DNA from: Tubiluchus corallicola
Taxonomy: Eukaryota > Animalia > Priapulida
Assembly: GCA_030141605.1 (NCBI GenBank)
Contig: JAQGDQ010001600.1
Location: forward strand, 1-32,883
Direction: 5' to 3'
Length of the DNA stretch: 32,883 nt
Shown: positions 22,401-30,411 of the stretch, piece after piece
How the letters are laid out: each line of letters begins with the position of its first letter
Position numbering within the stretch: position 1 is the first letter of the stretch
Program-made: the position numbers and the translations under genes
Notes under the pieces: model-generated
Database searches by the model: none
What the model saw: only the letters and a program-made list of their open reading frames with translations
Told to the model about the DNA's origin: nothing

Positions 22401-25017
22401 TAAGCAATTAGCTAACTTAAGCTATTAATGCAGCCTAAGTATGGGACATACACAAAATCATACTAGAATACAGTTCAACTATATTAGAAGGGGTTGCAAT
22501 GCTGCTCGGTAGTTCTTATATTCCAGACTGACGTCACGGACGTCACAGGCAGCTACCACCACACCTGAAAATTTCTATACGGCGGTAGCATAAATCAACT
22601 TTACGCTTTAAAGGCAGTTTTTTTTATAAACTTTTATAAATTTCTTTGTTATATTTCTCTAAGTTTAAGTGGGCAACAATAAAATAACCCAACATGCTAC
22701 GTGATTTGTCCTTTCTTTTAATATTGTATACTTAATATTTAATAGTCTTAACGTCAGTACATAATAGAAATTGAACTGCTGGAATTGTGGCATTTTTTTC
22801 TTTTTGGACATGTCTCTAATTATCTATACGATGATAATTAGGTTTACCTGTGATGTAAAAAACTGCCTCCCATCCTATATAGTGACAGATTGCTGCTCCT
22901 AAAGGAAACACCACAACATTACCAACTGAATATCCTGAAAAAATACAATGAGGTTGAGTCTACATTTAGCTAAAGATGATAATTTTTTTAACCTGTGAAG
23001 TTCAATGTCATGTCATAATCTCTTACCTGCAATTGTGAATGCGACTAGTTTAGATCGTTCCAGTGGAGGCGCCCAAGCTCCCAATAATACCTGGAGAGCT
23101 GGTTGCGTTACGCTCTACAGAAAAATAAGAATATTGTTAAAGCGCCTCATGTAACAGGAGGCTCATTACGTAATAATGTAGCATTAGGCAACATAACAAA
23201 TTTTACATCATCATGTAACAATTTTTGCTTCTTTGTATAATTACCCTGAATGACAAAATGTGCTCTGTACAGCTACGTCCACATTCGGCACTAAGTGGTC
23301 TTATTTTGTTGTAATTATAATCAAGACGTATACACAAAATTGCATAGCATTTATTCCACGGCAGCTTTTTTCGATCTAATTTGCCTTTTTCTCTCTTTGA
23401 AACCAACAGTGGAGTTGACCGAATACCAATATTTTAGAAACGAGCCCTACAAGAATGCCACATTTAACAAATAAGTGAAAAGCGCCATCATTATAAAAGT
23501 CAAAATAACAGGGTTTATGCGCTATACAGGTGTGTAGATACAACAAAACGAGATTATAATGTGGAAAACAACATGCAGGTATTAGGAAAGGTAAACTATT
23601 GTAAATACGACACTGCGCGGAACTCACGTTTATGCGCTACCAATTAAAATATGTTCCTAAATGTTTTTTCTGGGATTTTACTCGTCAAATACTAATAAGT
23701 ATTGTCTGAAATCGATTTTAATATTTTTGAATATTTCACAAACAAATCTTACCTCAAAAATTCCTTGCATGATTCTTACTGCAATTAATGTTATGTAACT
23801 GTAGTTAGCTGCTACAGGTATGACCAGTGCCAACAAGCTAACTATCAGTAAAGAAAACCCGTAGATTAATCGCCCTCCGTACCGCAAAGCCAGCCATCCT
23901 CCAGGAATTTGAGCGACCAAGTAGCCCCAGAAAAAAGAGCTAAGAATTAGTCCTTGAACTGGTTTCTCCCACGTGAAAGTTCCTGACTAAAAAATGGTCA
24001 CCATTAAAGTCTAAAATCTGCTGTTGTCAATTTTATAACTTCATAAATTTATAACATTTTAGTACCAATCCATTTAACCATTACTACGTGTGACTGATTC
24101 ACAATTTCTACTTGAACACAAATTCCATTCCACTGAAAATCGATTCGGACCCCAGATTTTTAATTTTCTGCCGAGAAACTATGCAGGCAATGCAGCTGAT
24201 CTAAGCAGAGCCGAGTTACTAGGATTAAATTTTGTTAGAACTCACCCATCACCAGGGCCTGTGTTTTCAAAACTTCGTCTTCGTACGCTATTAGACAGCT
24301 GTTGCCAATAATTTTAACTTAATTCCGAAATGGCAGCAGTTTCATCCTAGATAGCTAATATATTTGAATAATATTACAACTACTTATAAGTACTATAATC
24401 ATACAAAGACAGCAGTCGCTGTGTCATCATCTTCCACCGGACACTGTCCATACTTTGCTGTACCATTGTTGATGTAGTTTGCAGAATTTGTGGTCAGTTC
24501 CCTAACCCATGTGTTATTTACCATGCAGACTATTGCGATGCTCATGTTAAATCTGAGTAAATATACCACGACATTTCCAAAAAAAAGTATCAAGGCTAGA
24601 CCAAACCTGGCCGAGAATAACATCGGACCTGTAAAAAAGCAAACAAAAGTTGTGGGCAAACTAAGCCACGGGAAATACAGCAACAATAGTAGCATCGATA
24701 ACAAACAAAATATATGCGAGTATATTGGAAGAATCAATTTTTGCAAGAAAGATATAAAGGAATTAAAGAAGGCATATAAAGTGAGCGAAAATCAAACGAA
24801 CGTACGAAAAGAATGGCGTAAAACAAGATGCTGTCAAAGTCCACCGATTTGCTAACGCACCTTTTGTTGAATATATATCGAGACTTGAGGAAGTAGCTGC
24901 ACACGAACCGATGGATCGTCTGGTAGCACCATAATTTCGTAACTCTTGAGTTGCATCTTCGTGCGTCGTGTTGCGTAATTCAGCTTTGAAAGCCGATTCA
25001 GAGACCCAGTTTAAACT
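10248..25017 (-). CDS. SLC17-family (sialin/SLC17A5-like) MFS anion transporter, multi-exon gene; start codon uncertain
   Basis: Ten phase-compatible exons with GT-AG introns: ~25017-24861, 24628-24405, 23986-23753, 23114-23027, 22934-22848, 14276-14149, 12841-12692, 12127-11998, 11558-11317 and 10448-10248. Motifs: YLLRFNMSIAIVCM, WEKPVQGLILSSFFWGY..QIPGG, WAPPLERSKL, DSPGKHPRISKQEKEYI, VPWKAVFTSIPVWA, NMIDIAARYGGIIMGISNT, EWQIVFWI, QDWA. Confidence 0.93.
11001..11239. repeat. ~50-bp minisatellite, about 5 copies, intronic
   Basis: TAGYCTTGGTGATTCTGGG...CGTCGYTTAGGAACTTAGGAAGCC units start near 11001, 11051, 11101, 11152 and 11198. Confidence 0.92.
11317..11558 (-). CDS. SLC17-like exon (GLVISGILL...GRITIQ)
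   Basis: acag acceptor, gtatgc donor, 242 bp, phases 1/0. Confidence 0.9.
11998..12127 (-). CDS. SLC17-like exon (NGLYSALPW...VRRVWNI)
   Basis: ttttag acceptor, gtgaga donor, 130 bp. Confidence 0.9.
12692..12841 (-). CDS. SLC17-like exon (ESIVPWKAVFTS...HFDIRQ)
   Basis: ccgcag acceptor, gtaagt donor, 150 bp. Confidence 0.9.
13556..13637. repeat. (TA)n microsatellite followed by TTATR pentamer repeats
   Basis: (TA)13 at 13556-13581, then further TA and ttata/ttatg units. Confidence 0.9.
14149..14276 (-). CDS. SLC17-like exon (GSIGIIWFAFW...DSPGKHPRISKQEKEYIENALAENLKQ)
   Basis: ttgtag acceptor, gtttta donor, 128 bp, phases 1/0. Confidence 0.88.
14716..16004 (-). repeat. 3' LTR (1289 bp)
   Basis: Matches 21270-22547 apart from the differences I saw: a 13-bp indel (15326-15338), a 2-bp CA indel and one substitution. 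Confidence 0.96.
16005..16014 (-). other. Putative polypurine tract (short)
   Basis: The minus strand reads ...ATCGGGGGCTA immediately before the 3' LTR TG. Confidence 0.55.
16756..20634 (-). CDS. Gag-Pol polyprotein, 1292 aa: Gag/SCAN-like, CCHC knuckle, aspartic protease, integrase (HHCC, DDE, GPY), RNase H; no RT core
   Basis: YRKRFR...EQMM...WLRREEP...LADKY (SCAN-like, ~19728-19483); CYGCGKPGHRRSEC (19344-19303); RDSGA (DSG at 19119-19111) and FLLGNN; AHD..GHLG..CIAC, MDLIGP, LTDQG, NGLCERYN, WRGPY; FILTTDAS, ELECL, RTDQ, NPVADALSR. No YxDD, FCVDYR or MPFGL-type motifs. Confidence 0.95.
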   Translation of the reverse strand: MFIMESRLYTETDLKQLNKPQLIEVANTLGLLLDPNKTTKTQSIQHILQAYKTMEQGQQFSDLPLTPGHVKGVNVDTVRTPDGAAGAIERSTQSFVSGLVDQGQSTRPTNKLIVSTGTPVAAELRGAQEPGSAPQRTTVAPMPVLGDVKVESKPIKLPELTAEALSTLDGEVAKEFLQLQQQIVQLEIRKLEVAPTISLHQSMPVLSPIAASTPTAPSCAPCKRMKVRTYYEDKEDIHEFLDWFETCAVTNGIEEEYWSACIGPALTGRAANAYQQLPRTDVKNYSLVKKALVNAYILSTDVYRKRFRTLEKSKNETYRQFFLKVERALTDYVEAMDAVDSYPKLFQLIAMEQMMNKMPTDLTTWLRREEPQSGTEMATLADKYVASYQDMGRNPDHFRRPDKFATRPMMKKQSAAPTTNADQGEPRRIVCYGCGKPGHRRSECRSSSGTNALTRNKLGKPNRQLFSDIELIQSVNNERWKDIPKDTLPYMFEALINGNPITGQRDSGANVSMLHPNFVKKEQYLKQDPKSLLCIHGHKAPCKVAEIEIICPSLNISGCLTVTVVDNLPADFLLGNNYLSSLKPFSSETEVDPQNKWNQTGAPEMQGRPQIPVPITANPIDDTRNLSETGFAVTRAKAAKLQAEVKRDEQLQKEVFTPGNAVQNSLLDIPLEQVKTEQTEDVTLRNLIDHAVTLKEARRNGKGYFLRNGVLYYLCKQRNASPPRELLVLPKVLRKQVLELAHDARTAGHLGINKTTHRVLQEFIWPHVKRNVRQYCRSCIACQRTARVRKSDKVPLKPLPIPSQPFYRVAMDLIGPLDRTPAGNKYALVLIDHATRYPDCYPLPNIETKTVLQAVLQFCCRYGIPREILTDQGTQFISALTCSLEQELGVKGIYTSAFAPSTNGLCERYNQSLKHSIRRLVQDRPNLPWDEAVPFVLFAYREVPQESTGYSPNELVFGYPLRGPLSMLKERWGCEKPPALEDVDEYVTRILNTLDKTLEDAHQSLEAAKLAQKGWYDKLTRQKNFQVGDKVMLQRLKKGSKMLSTWRGPYPIVDKISDYTYKVKIGKSGKRRDCRICHINRLKPYVDREEELVLLALYAECKDNAQINWEEIENDCVKIGAGQVEESSLPEYAFFPTAKTTQSINDIQLPDYLTSDSVLHSPNFDETFILTTDASFTGLGAVLSQDRKDGLGEVPITYISRKLTAPETRYSVVELECLSVVFSIEKLRYYLEGREFILRTDQRSLLALDKMRKRNRRLCHWALKLTEYAFTIEHISAAQNPVADALSRLQSE
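21257..21267 (-). other. Primer-binding site complementary to the tRNA-Leu 3' end
   Basis: TGGTGTCAGAA lies 2 nt inside the 5' LTR and is complementary to ...TTCTGACACCA, the 3' end I recall for metazoan tRNA-Leu(CAA). Confidence 0.8.
21270..22547 (-). repeat. 5' LTR (1278 bp)
   Basis: Direct repeat of 14716-16004; followed on the minus strand by the PBS. Confidence 0.96.
22848..22934 (-). CDS. SLC17-like exon (YSVGNVVVFPLGAAICHYIGWEAVFYIT)
   Basis: 87 bp, tttcag acceptor, gtaaac donor. Confidence 0.9.
23027..23114 (-). CDS. SLC17-like exon (SVTQPALQVLLGAWAPPLERSKLVAFTIA)
   Basis: 88 bp, ctgtag acceptor, gtaaga donor; WAPPLERSKL signature. Confidence 0.92.
23753..23986 (-). CDS. SLC17-like exon (SGTFTWEKPVQGLILSSFFWGY...RIMQGIFE)
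   Basis: 234 bp, ttttag acceptor, gtaaga donor. Confidence 0.92.
24405..24628 (-). CDS. SLC17-like exon (PMLFSARF...YLLRFNMSIAIVCMVNNT...TAVF)
   Basis: 224 bp, ttacag acceptor, gtatga donor; TM1 Arg motif. Confidence 0.88.
24861..25017 (-). CDS. Putative upstream SLC17-like exon (...ELRNYGATRRSIG...YSTK), no in-frame ATG
   Basis: The AAAG|gtgcgt donor is phase-compatible with the next exon; the frame is bounded upstream by TAG at 25020-25018. Confidence 0.5.
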
Positions 25018-25074
25018 CTAGGACACTGTAGAATCAATTGTAGAGTCATTGTAGGGCCTGAACTAAAATTTGTG

Positions 25075-25086
25075 TGCGCATGCGCA
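25075..25086. promoter_or_regulatory. Perfect NRF1-type palindrome TGCGCATGCGCA (mirror copy at 30343-30354)
   Basis: Exact match to the NRF1/EWG/P3A2 consensus, ~60 bp upstream of the putative first SLC17 exon. Function untested. Confidence 0.4.
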
Positions 25087-25364
25087 AGATTGTAACCTAG
25101 TTGTGCTAATTGCTCTTGCAGATTTCTTGAAATTTGTGGCTATTATACTGGTTATGCTGTGAAGTCATTCATACTAAAACGTGTGTGAATATATATACTT
25201 TTGGTTTATGATAATATCTTTTTCGTGCTGTTGAAAGTTTTTGGAGAAAACGTGAAAAAACGACAAAATAGGTGTAGCAATCGCTAATGTTGAGCTATTT
25301 TGGCGCCCATTGGGGTGGTGGCAATAATCGTTGTGATTTGCCTGAACAATGAGTCACAAAGACC

Positions 25365-25737
25365 CAGGGCCTATTTCAGCCTAGGCGAGGCCCGGGGAAG
25401 TGGGGCGTGTGAGGCCCCATGGGGGGGGGGGGGCATTGAAGCGCCGGGGGGCGATTACTACCATGATTGGCGCCCAGAAAATTTTTGAACTGCTAGAACG
25501 CCGGAGAAGCATTTTCGAAGAGAAAATATGGAGTTATACAGTTGTTAAAGGAAAGAACAATTGAAAGAAAAACTGCTTTATTCTCAAGACCAGTCCTTAA
25601 TACTTGTTAATACTGGCAAACGGCGCGCGTGGGGCAAGAGAAAGAGAGGAGGCAGTATGTTCGCATAAAGCAAAAAAAAGTGTTACCTTGGCGCGAGGCC
25701 CCCTGGAGGGTGAGGCCCCGGGGAAGTATCCCCACTT
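25365..25737. mobile_element. Probable truncated hAT-like non-autonomous element/MITE (mirror copy at 29693-30064)
   Basis: Begins CAGGGCC, with GC-rich ends carrying repeated GAGGCCC motifs around an AT-rich core. No second TIR or TSD found. Confidence 0.45.
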
Positions 25738-26350
25738 AGTAGTCAATCGACCGATTCTAGCGAACAAGCTAGAGAAAGAAAAAGTTGTGAGTTTTGCCGG
25801 TCTGCTAAATCACCAGTACGTCTTGCAAGACTCTGCGCTGTTGTCTGCAGCAAATGCGAGAACAATCACCTAGATGAGAACAATAGGCGAAATTCTGTCA
25901 GCGACTTAACATGTATTTCCTTAGACAGTAGGGCTACAGTTACTTCGGACACTAGCCTATACTTCACTTAAACTGAAAACAAAGAAAACAGTGCAAACCC
26001 TGAAGACAAAATTATAGCTGATTTAAAAACCGCAGCCATCAATTTGATTAAATTATGCAACGACAGAAATCAAATAACTGAGGTCCTGAATATTCTGTCG
26101 GGAAAGCAAACTGTCTGTCAGTCCGATTTTGAAACTAGAATTAGCCAGTTGAGTGATAAACTTGAAGCTCTAGACAATAAAATGAGCTGCAGCTCAAAAC
26201 CATTGTGGAGTGATATAGTATCGATGCCTAGAGCCGAGAATAGTGCCAAGCTGTCAACAGAAAACAAGTCTGACGACAAAATGAAATTAACCAAAACCAT
26301 TTATGATCCGTCTCGTACTGTAATAATCAGCAACGTAAAAGATAAATTAT
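25738..26350 (+). mobile_element. Decayed LINE ORF1-like fragment (mirror copy at 29080-29692)
   Basis: One frame reads SSQSTD..KSCEFC...VCSKC...(TAA at 25969)...coiled-coil ETRISQLSDKLEALDNK..PLWSDIV..DPSRTVIISNV and is cut at 26350 by the tail of an oppositely oriented LINE. Confidence 0.55.
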
Positions 26351-28345
26351 ATAATAATAATAATAAATCTTTATTAAAGAAATGAATATATATACACAAA
26401 GGTGCCTCTTTTTGCAGGCTCAGATCAACAAATTACATTTTCACATAACAAATCTTTTAAATCCAGTTTCACACTATGTACAACGAATAACATTTTATAC
26501 TTAAATTAGATATAATTTCAAACGAATCACAAGTATTATACAAACAAATTAACTTTACACAACTACATAATTTATTTTTTTTATACTATAGCGGGCCTAA
26601 ATTAACAGTTACTTAGTATAAAATTGTCCCTGATCAGGTTAGTGAAAGCCATTATTAAATTTTTATCAGATTGAAGCATAATATTACGTGTATAATTGGC
26701 ATCAGCTATTTCCATGAACGGCATTCTTTTTGCATTATCTATTTTATTACATCTGAATAAAATGTGCTGAGGAGTTTGCTCTTCTTCTCCACATGGACAT
26801 AAACTAGTATCACACATATTAAGTCTATACAAAAAGCAGTTAAAATTCCCCTGGCCAGTTAAAAAGGACATGGCAATGGATTCTATTTTCCTTTCATTAT
26901 TTCCAAGTGGCAAATTTAAGGGTGTACATTTTATATTCTGTATTTCAACATTATCTCCTCGAAATTGCATAACATGCCTATATTTAGTTGCCCAGGTATA
27001 AGAAACATAATCTGTAATTTGACGTTTGGTATAAATTAACATATTTTCAGGAATTTGTTCAAGATCTGTATTACGAAAGTTTTCATTCCAGACAAATTTT
27101 AAAAAGTTTCTCACAGTCTGCACATTTGTATACATAATATTTTTATAAATATGTCTTCCTGTCAGACGTGCACTACCATACCGCAGAATCTGTTGTTTTA
27201 CTAAATCATTAGCGCTCTGACATAATGTCTTAAGACATGATTTAACCACAATTACATTTAGTTCAATGTCTAACGGTGGAAGACCACAAAGTAATTCCAA
27301 TTTAGTACGATCTGGTTTAAAAGCCAACCCCGCAGAAACTTTCATTATATCATAGGTTATATCTTCAAATACGGTAAGTTTTTTACCTAACCATAAAATA
27401 GCACCATACAGTATAATCGGCAAAATAGTAGTTTTATAAATATTTACAATGGTAGCAAGTCGCAAACCTACATATTTACTGCAATTGTTTTTTACTTTCA
27501 ACCGTCTATACCATACCTTTTTATGAACATTGCCCGCGTGTTTAACAAATGTTAATTTCCGATCAACAGTTAGGCCTAATATTTTGCTGTCTTCAACAAA
27601 CAATATTTCATTGTTACTAATTTTTAAATTGTCTGGCTTGTTATTTTCATCCCATGCCCCTACTAGCATGCTTCTGTCTTACCAGGTAACGTATTTATCT
27701 TTAAACGCCATTTCTGGCACCACTTGTGAAGCACATCACAACAGCTTTGTGCAGTTGTAACACAGGTTTGCGGGTCTGTATTTGACACATACAAAGATCC
27801 ATCATCAACATACTTGTACTTTTTAACAGAGTCATGCATATTAGCATATTATAAAACATATCTGCAATGAAAAATATAAACAGTATTGGGGCTATAACTG
27901 ACCTCTGTGGGAGTCCTAAATTGCATCGATATTGATCGGACATATAATCATTTATCTTTATGCAGATATTGCGATTTTGTAATATATATGCTATAAGGCG
28001 TAGCATAGACCCTCGTACATTTGCACAAATAAGTTTAAATAATAAACCTTCAACCCAAACACTGTCGAACGCTTTTTCGTAATCACAGCAAATTGTTATA
28101 CCGTATGCATTATTCTAAATGTCGTCTTCCATATCAGTAACTAATCTGGTTAAATAACGTACTGTATTTTTGCCTTTTATGAAGCCTTCTTGCTCTGTAT
28201 CAATGCAGTTTAACTGAAAGAAATGATTTTTAAGTCTATTTGATATTAAACGCTCAACAAGTTTACCTACATACGAAGAAATGGTTATTGGACGATAATT
28301 ACTGGCATTTGAATAATCGATGTTGTTAGGTTTTTTTAGTGGAAT
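26351..28345 (-). mobile_element. Decayed non-LTR retrotransposon (I/Jockey-like LINE): ORF2 RT and C-terminus plus 3' UTR
   Basis: IPLKKP..NYRPITISS..GKLVER, EQEGF, DYEKAFDSVW, GLPQRSVIAPILF, KYVDD (YVDD at 27812-27801), KILGLTVD, CPCGEEEQTPQHILFRC; AATAAA (26375-26370) and a (TAT)n tail. One stop (28115) and two frameshifts (~27840, ~27670). Confidence 0.92.
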
Positions 28346-29079
28346 GAAAACTTTCGTAATACAGATCTTGAACAAATTCCTGAAAATATGTTAATTTATA
28401 CCAAACGTCAAATTACAGATTATGTTTCTTATACCTGGGCAACTAAATATAGGCATGTTATGCAATTTCGAGGAGATAATGTTGAAATACAGAATATAAA
28501 ATGTACACCCTTAAATTTGCCACTTGGAAATAATGAAAGGAAAATAGAATCCATTGCCATGTCCTTTTTAACTGGCCAGGGGAATTTTAACTGCTTTTTG
28601 TATAGACTTAATATGTGTGATACTAGTTTATGTCCATGTGGAGAAGAAGAGCAAACTCCTCAGCACATTTTATTCAGATGTAATAAAATAGATAATGCAA
28701 AAAGAATGCCGTTCATGGAAATAGCTGATGCCAATTATACACGTAATATTATGCTTCAATCTGATAAAAATTTAATAATGGCTTTCACTAACCTGATCAG
28801 GGACAATTTTATACTAAGTAACTGTTAATTTAGGCCCGCTATAGTATAAAAAAAATAAATTATGTAGTTGTGTAAAGTTAATTTGTTTGTATAATACTTG
28901 TGATTCGTTTGAAATTATATCTAATTTAAGTATAAAATGTTATTCGTTGTACATAGTGTGAAACTGGATTTAAAAGATTTGTTATGTGAAAATGTAATTT
29001 GTTGATCTGAGCCTGCAAAAAGAGGCACCTTTGTGTATATATATTCATTTCTTTAATAAAGATTTATTATTATTATTAT
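28340..29079 (+). mobile_element. Duplicated 3' end of the LINE (C-terminal CCHC region, 3' UTR, tail)
   Basis: ORF 28388-28828 is identical to the last 146 aa of ORF 26602-27669. Confidence 0.92.
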
Positions 29080-30411
29080 ATAATTTATCTTTTACGTTGC
29101 TGATTATTACAGTACGAGACGGATCATAAATGGTTTTGGTTAATTTCATTTTGTCGTCAGACTTGTTTTCTGTTGACAGCTTGGCACTATTCTCGGCTCT
29201 AGGCATCGATACTATATCACTCCACAATGGTTTTGAGCTGCAGCTCATTTTATTGTCTAGAGCTTCAAGTTTATCACTCAACTGGCTAATTCTAGTTTCA
29301 AAATCGGACTGACAGACAGTTTGCTTTCCCGACAGAATATTCAGGACCTCAGTTATTTGATTTCTGTCGTTGCATAATTTAATCAAATTGATGGCTGCGG
29401 TTTTTAAATCAGCTATAATTTTGTCTTCAGGGTTTGCACTGTTTTCTTTGTTTTCAGTTTAAGTGAAGTATAGGCTAGTGTCCGAAGTAACTGTAGCCCT
29501 ACTGTCTAAGGAAATACATGTTAAGTCGCTGACAGAATTTCGCCTATTGTTCTCATCTAGGTGATTGTTCTCGCATTTGCTGCAGACAACAGCGCAGAGT
29601 CTTGCAAGACGTACTGGTGATTTAGCAGACCGGCAAAACTCACAACTTTTTCTTTCTCTAGCTTGTTTGCTAGAATCGGTCGATTGACTACTAAGTGGGG
29701 ATACTTCCCCGGGGCCTCACCCTCCATGGGGCCTCGCGCCAAGGTAAACTTTTTTTTGCTTTATGCGAACATACTGCCTCCTCTCTTTCTCTTGCCCCAC
29801 GCGCGCCGTTTGCCAGTATTAACAAGTATTAAGGACTGGTCTTGAGAATAAAGCAGTTTTTCTTTCAATTGTTCTTTCCTTTAACAACTGTATAACTCCA
29901 TATTTTCTCTTCGAAAATGCTTCTCCGGCGTTCTAGCAGTTCAAAAATTTTCTGGGCGCCAATCATGGTAGTAATCGCCCCCCGGCGCTTCAATGCCCCC
30001 CCCCCCCCATGGGGCCTCACACGCCCCACTTCCCCGGGCCTCGCCTAGGCTGAAATAGGCCCTGGGTCTTTGTGACTCATTGTTCAGGCAAATCACAACG
30101 ATTATTGCCACCACCCCAATGGGCGCCAAAATAGCTCAACATTAGCGATTGCTACACCTATTTTGTCGTTTTTTCACGTTTTCTCCAAAAACTTTCAACA
30201 GCACGAAAAAGATATTATCATAAACCAAAAGTATATATATTCACACACGTTTTAGTATGAATGACTTCACAGCATAACCAGTATAATAGCCACAAATTTC
30301 AAGAAATCTGCAAGAGCAATTAGCACAACTAGGTTACAATCTTGCGCATGCGCACACAAATTTTAGTTCAGGCCCTACAATGACTCTACAATTGATTCTA
30401 CAGTGTCCTAG

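Larger units (their letters stand above)
14716..22547 (-). mobile_element. Gmr1-like Ty3/Gypsy LTR retrotransposon, 7832 bp, recent insertion, lacking RT
   Basis: Two near-identical LTRs bounded by TGTGA...TCACA, 5-bp TSD GGCAG (14711-14715 and 22548-22552), PBS, G-rich tract, and a gag-pol ORF with integrase upstream of RNase H. Confidence 0.96.
22546..27090. repeat. Left arm of a large inverted duplication (>=4.5 kb)
   Basis: Reverse complement of 28340-32883; mirrored ORF coordinates sum to 55429 or 55430. Confidence 0.97.

Noticed and set aside
26351-29079. LINE twin-priming inversion as the cause of the inverted LINE pieces
   Set aside because: Twin priming does not duplicate the 3' tail or kilobases of flanking host gene; here both are mirrored.
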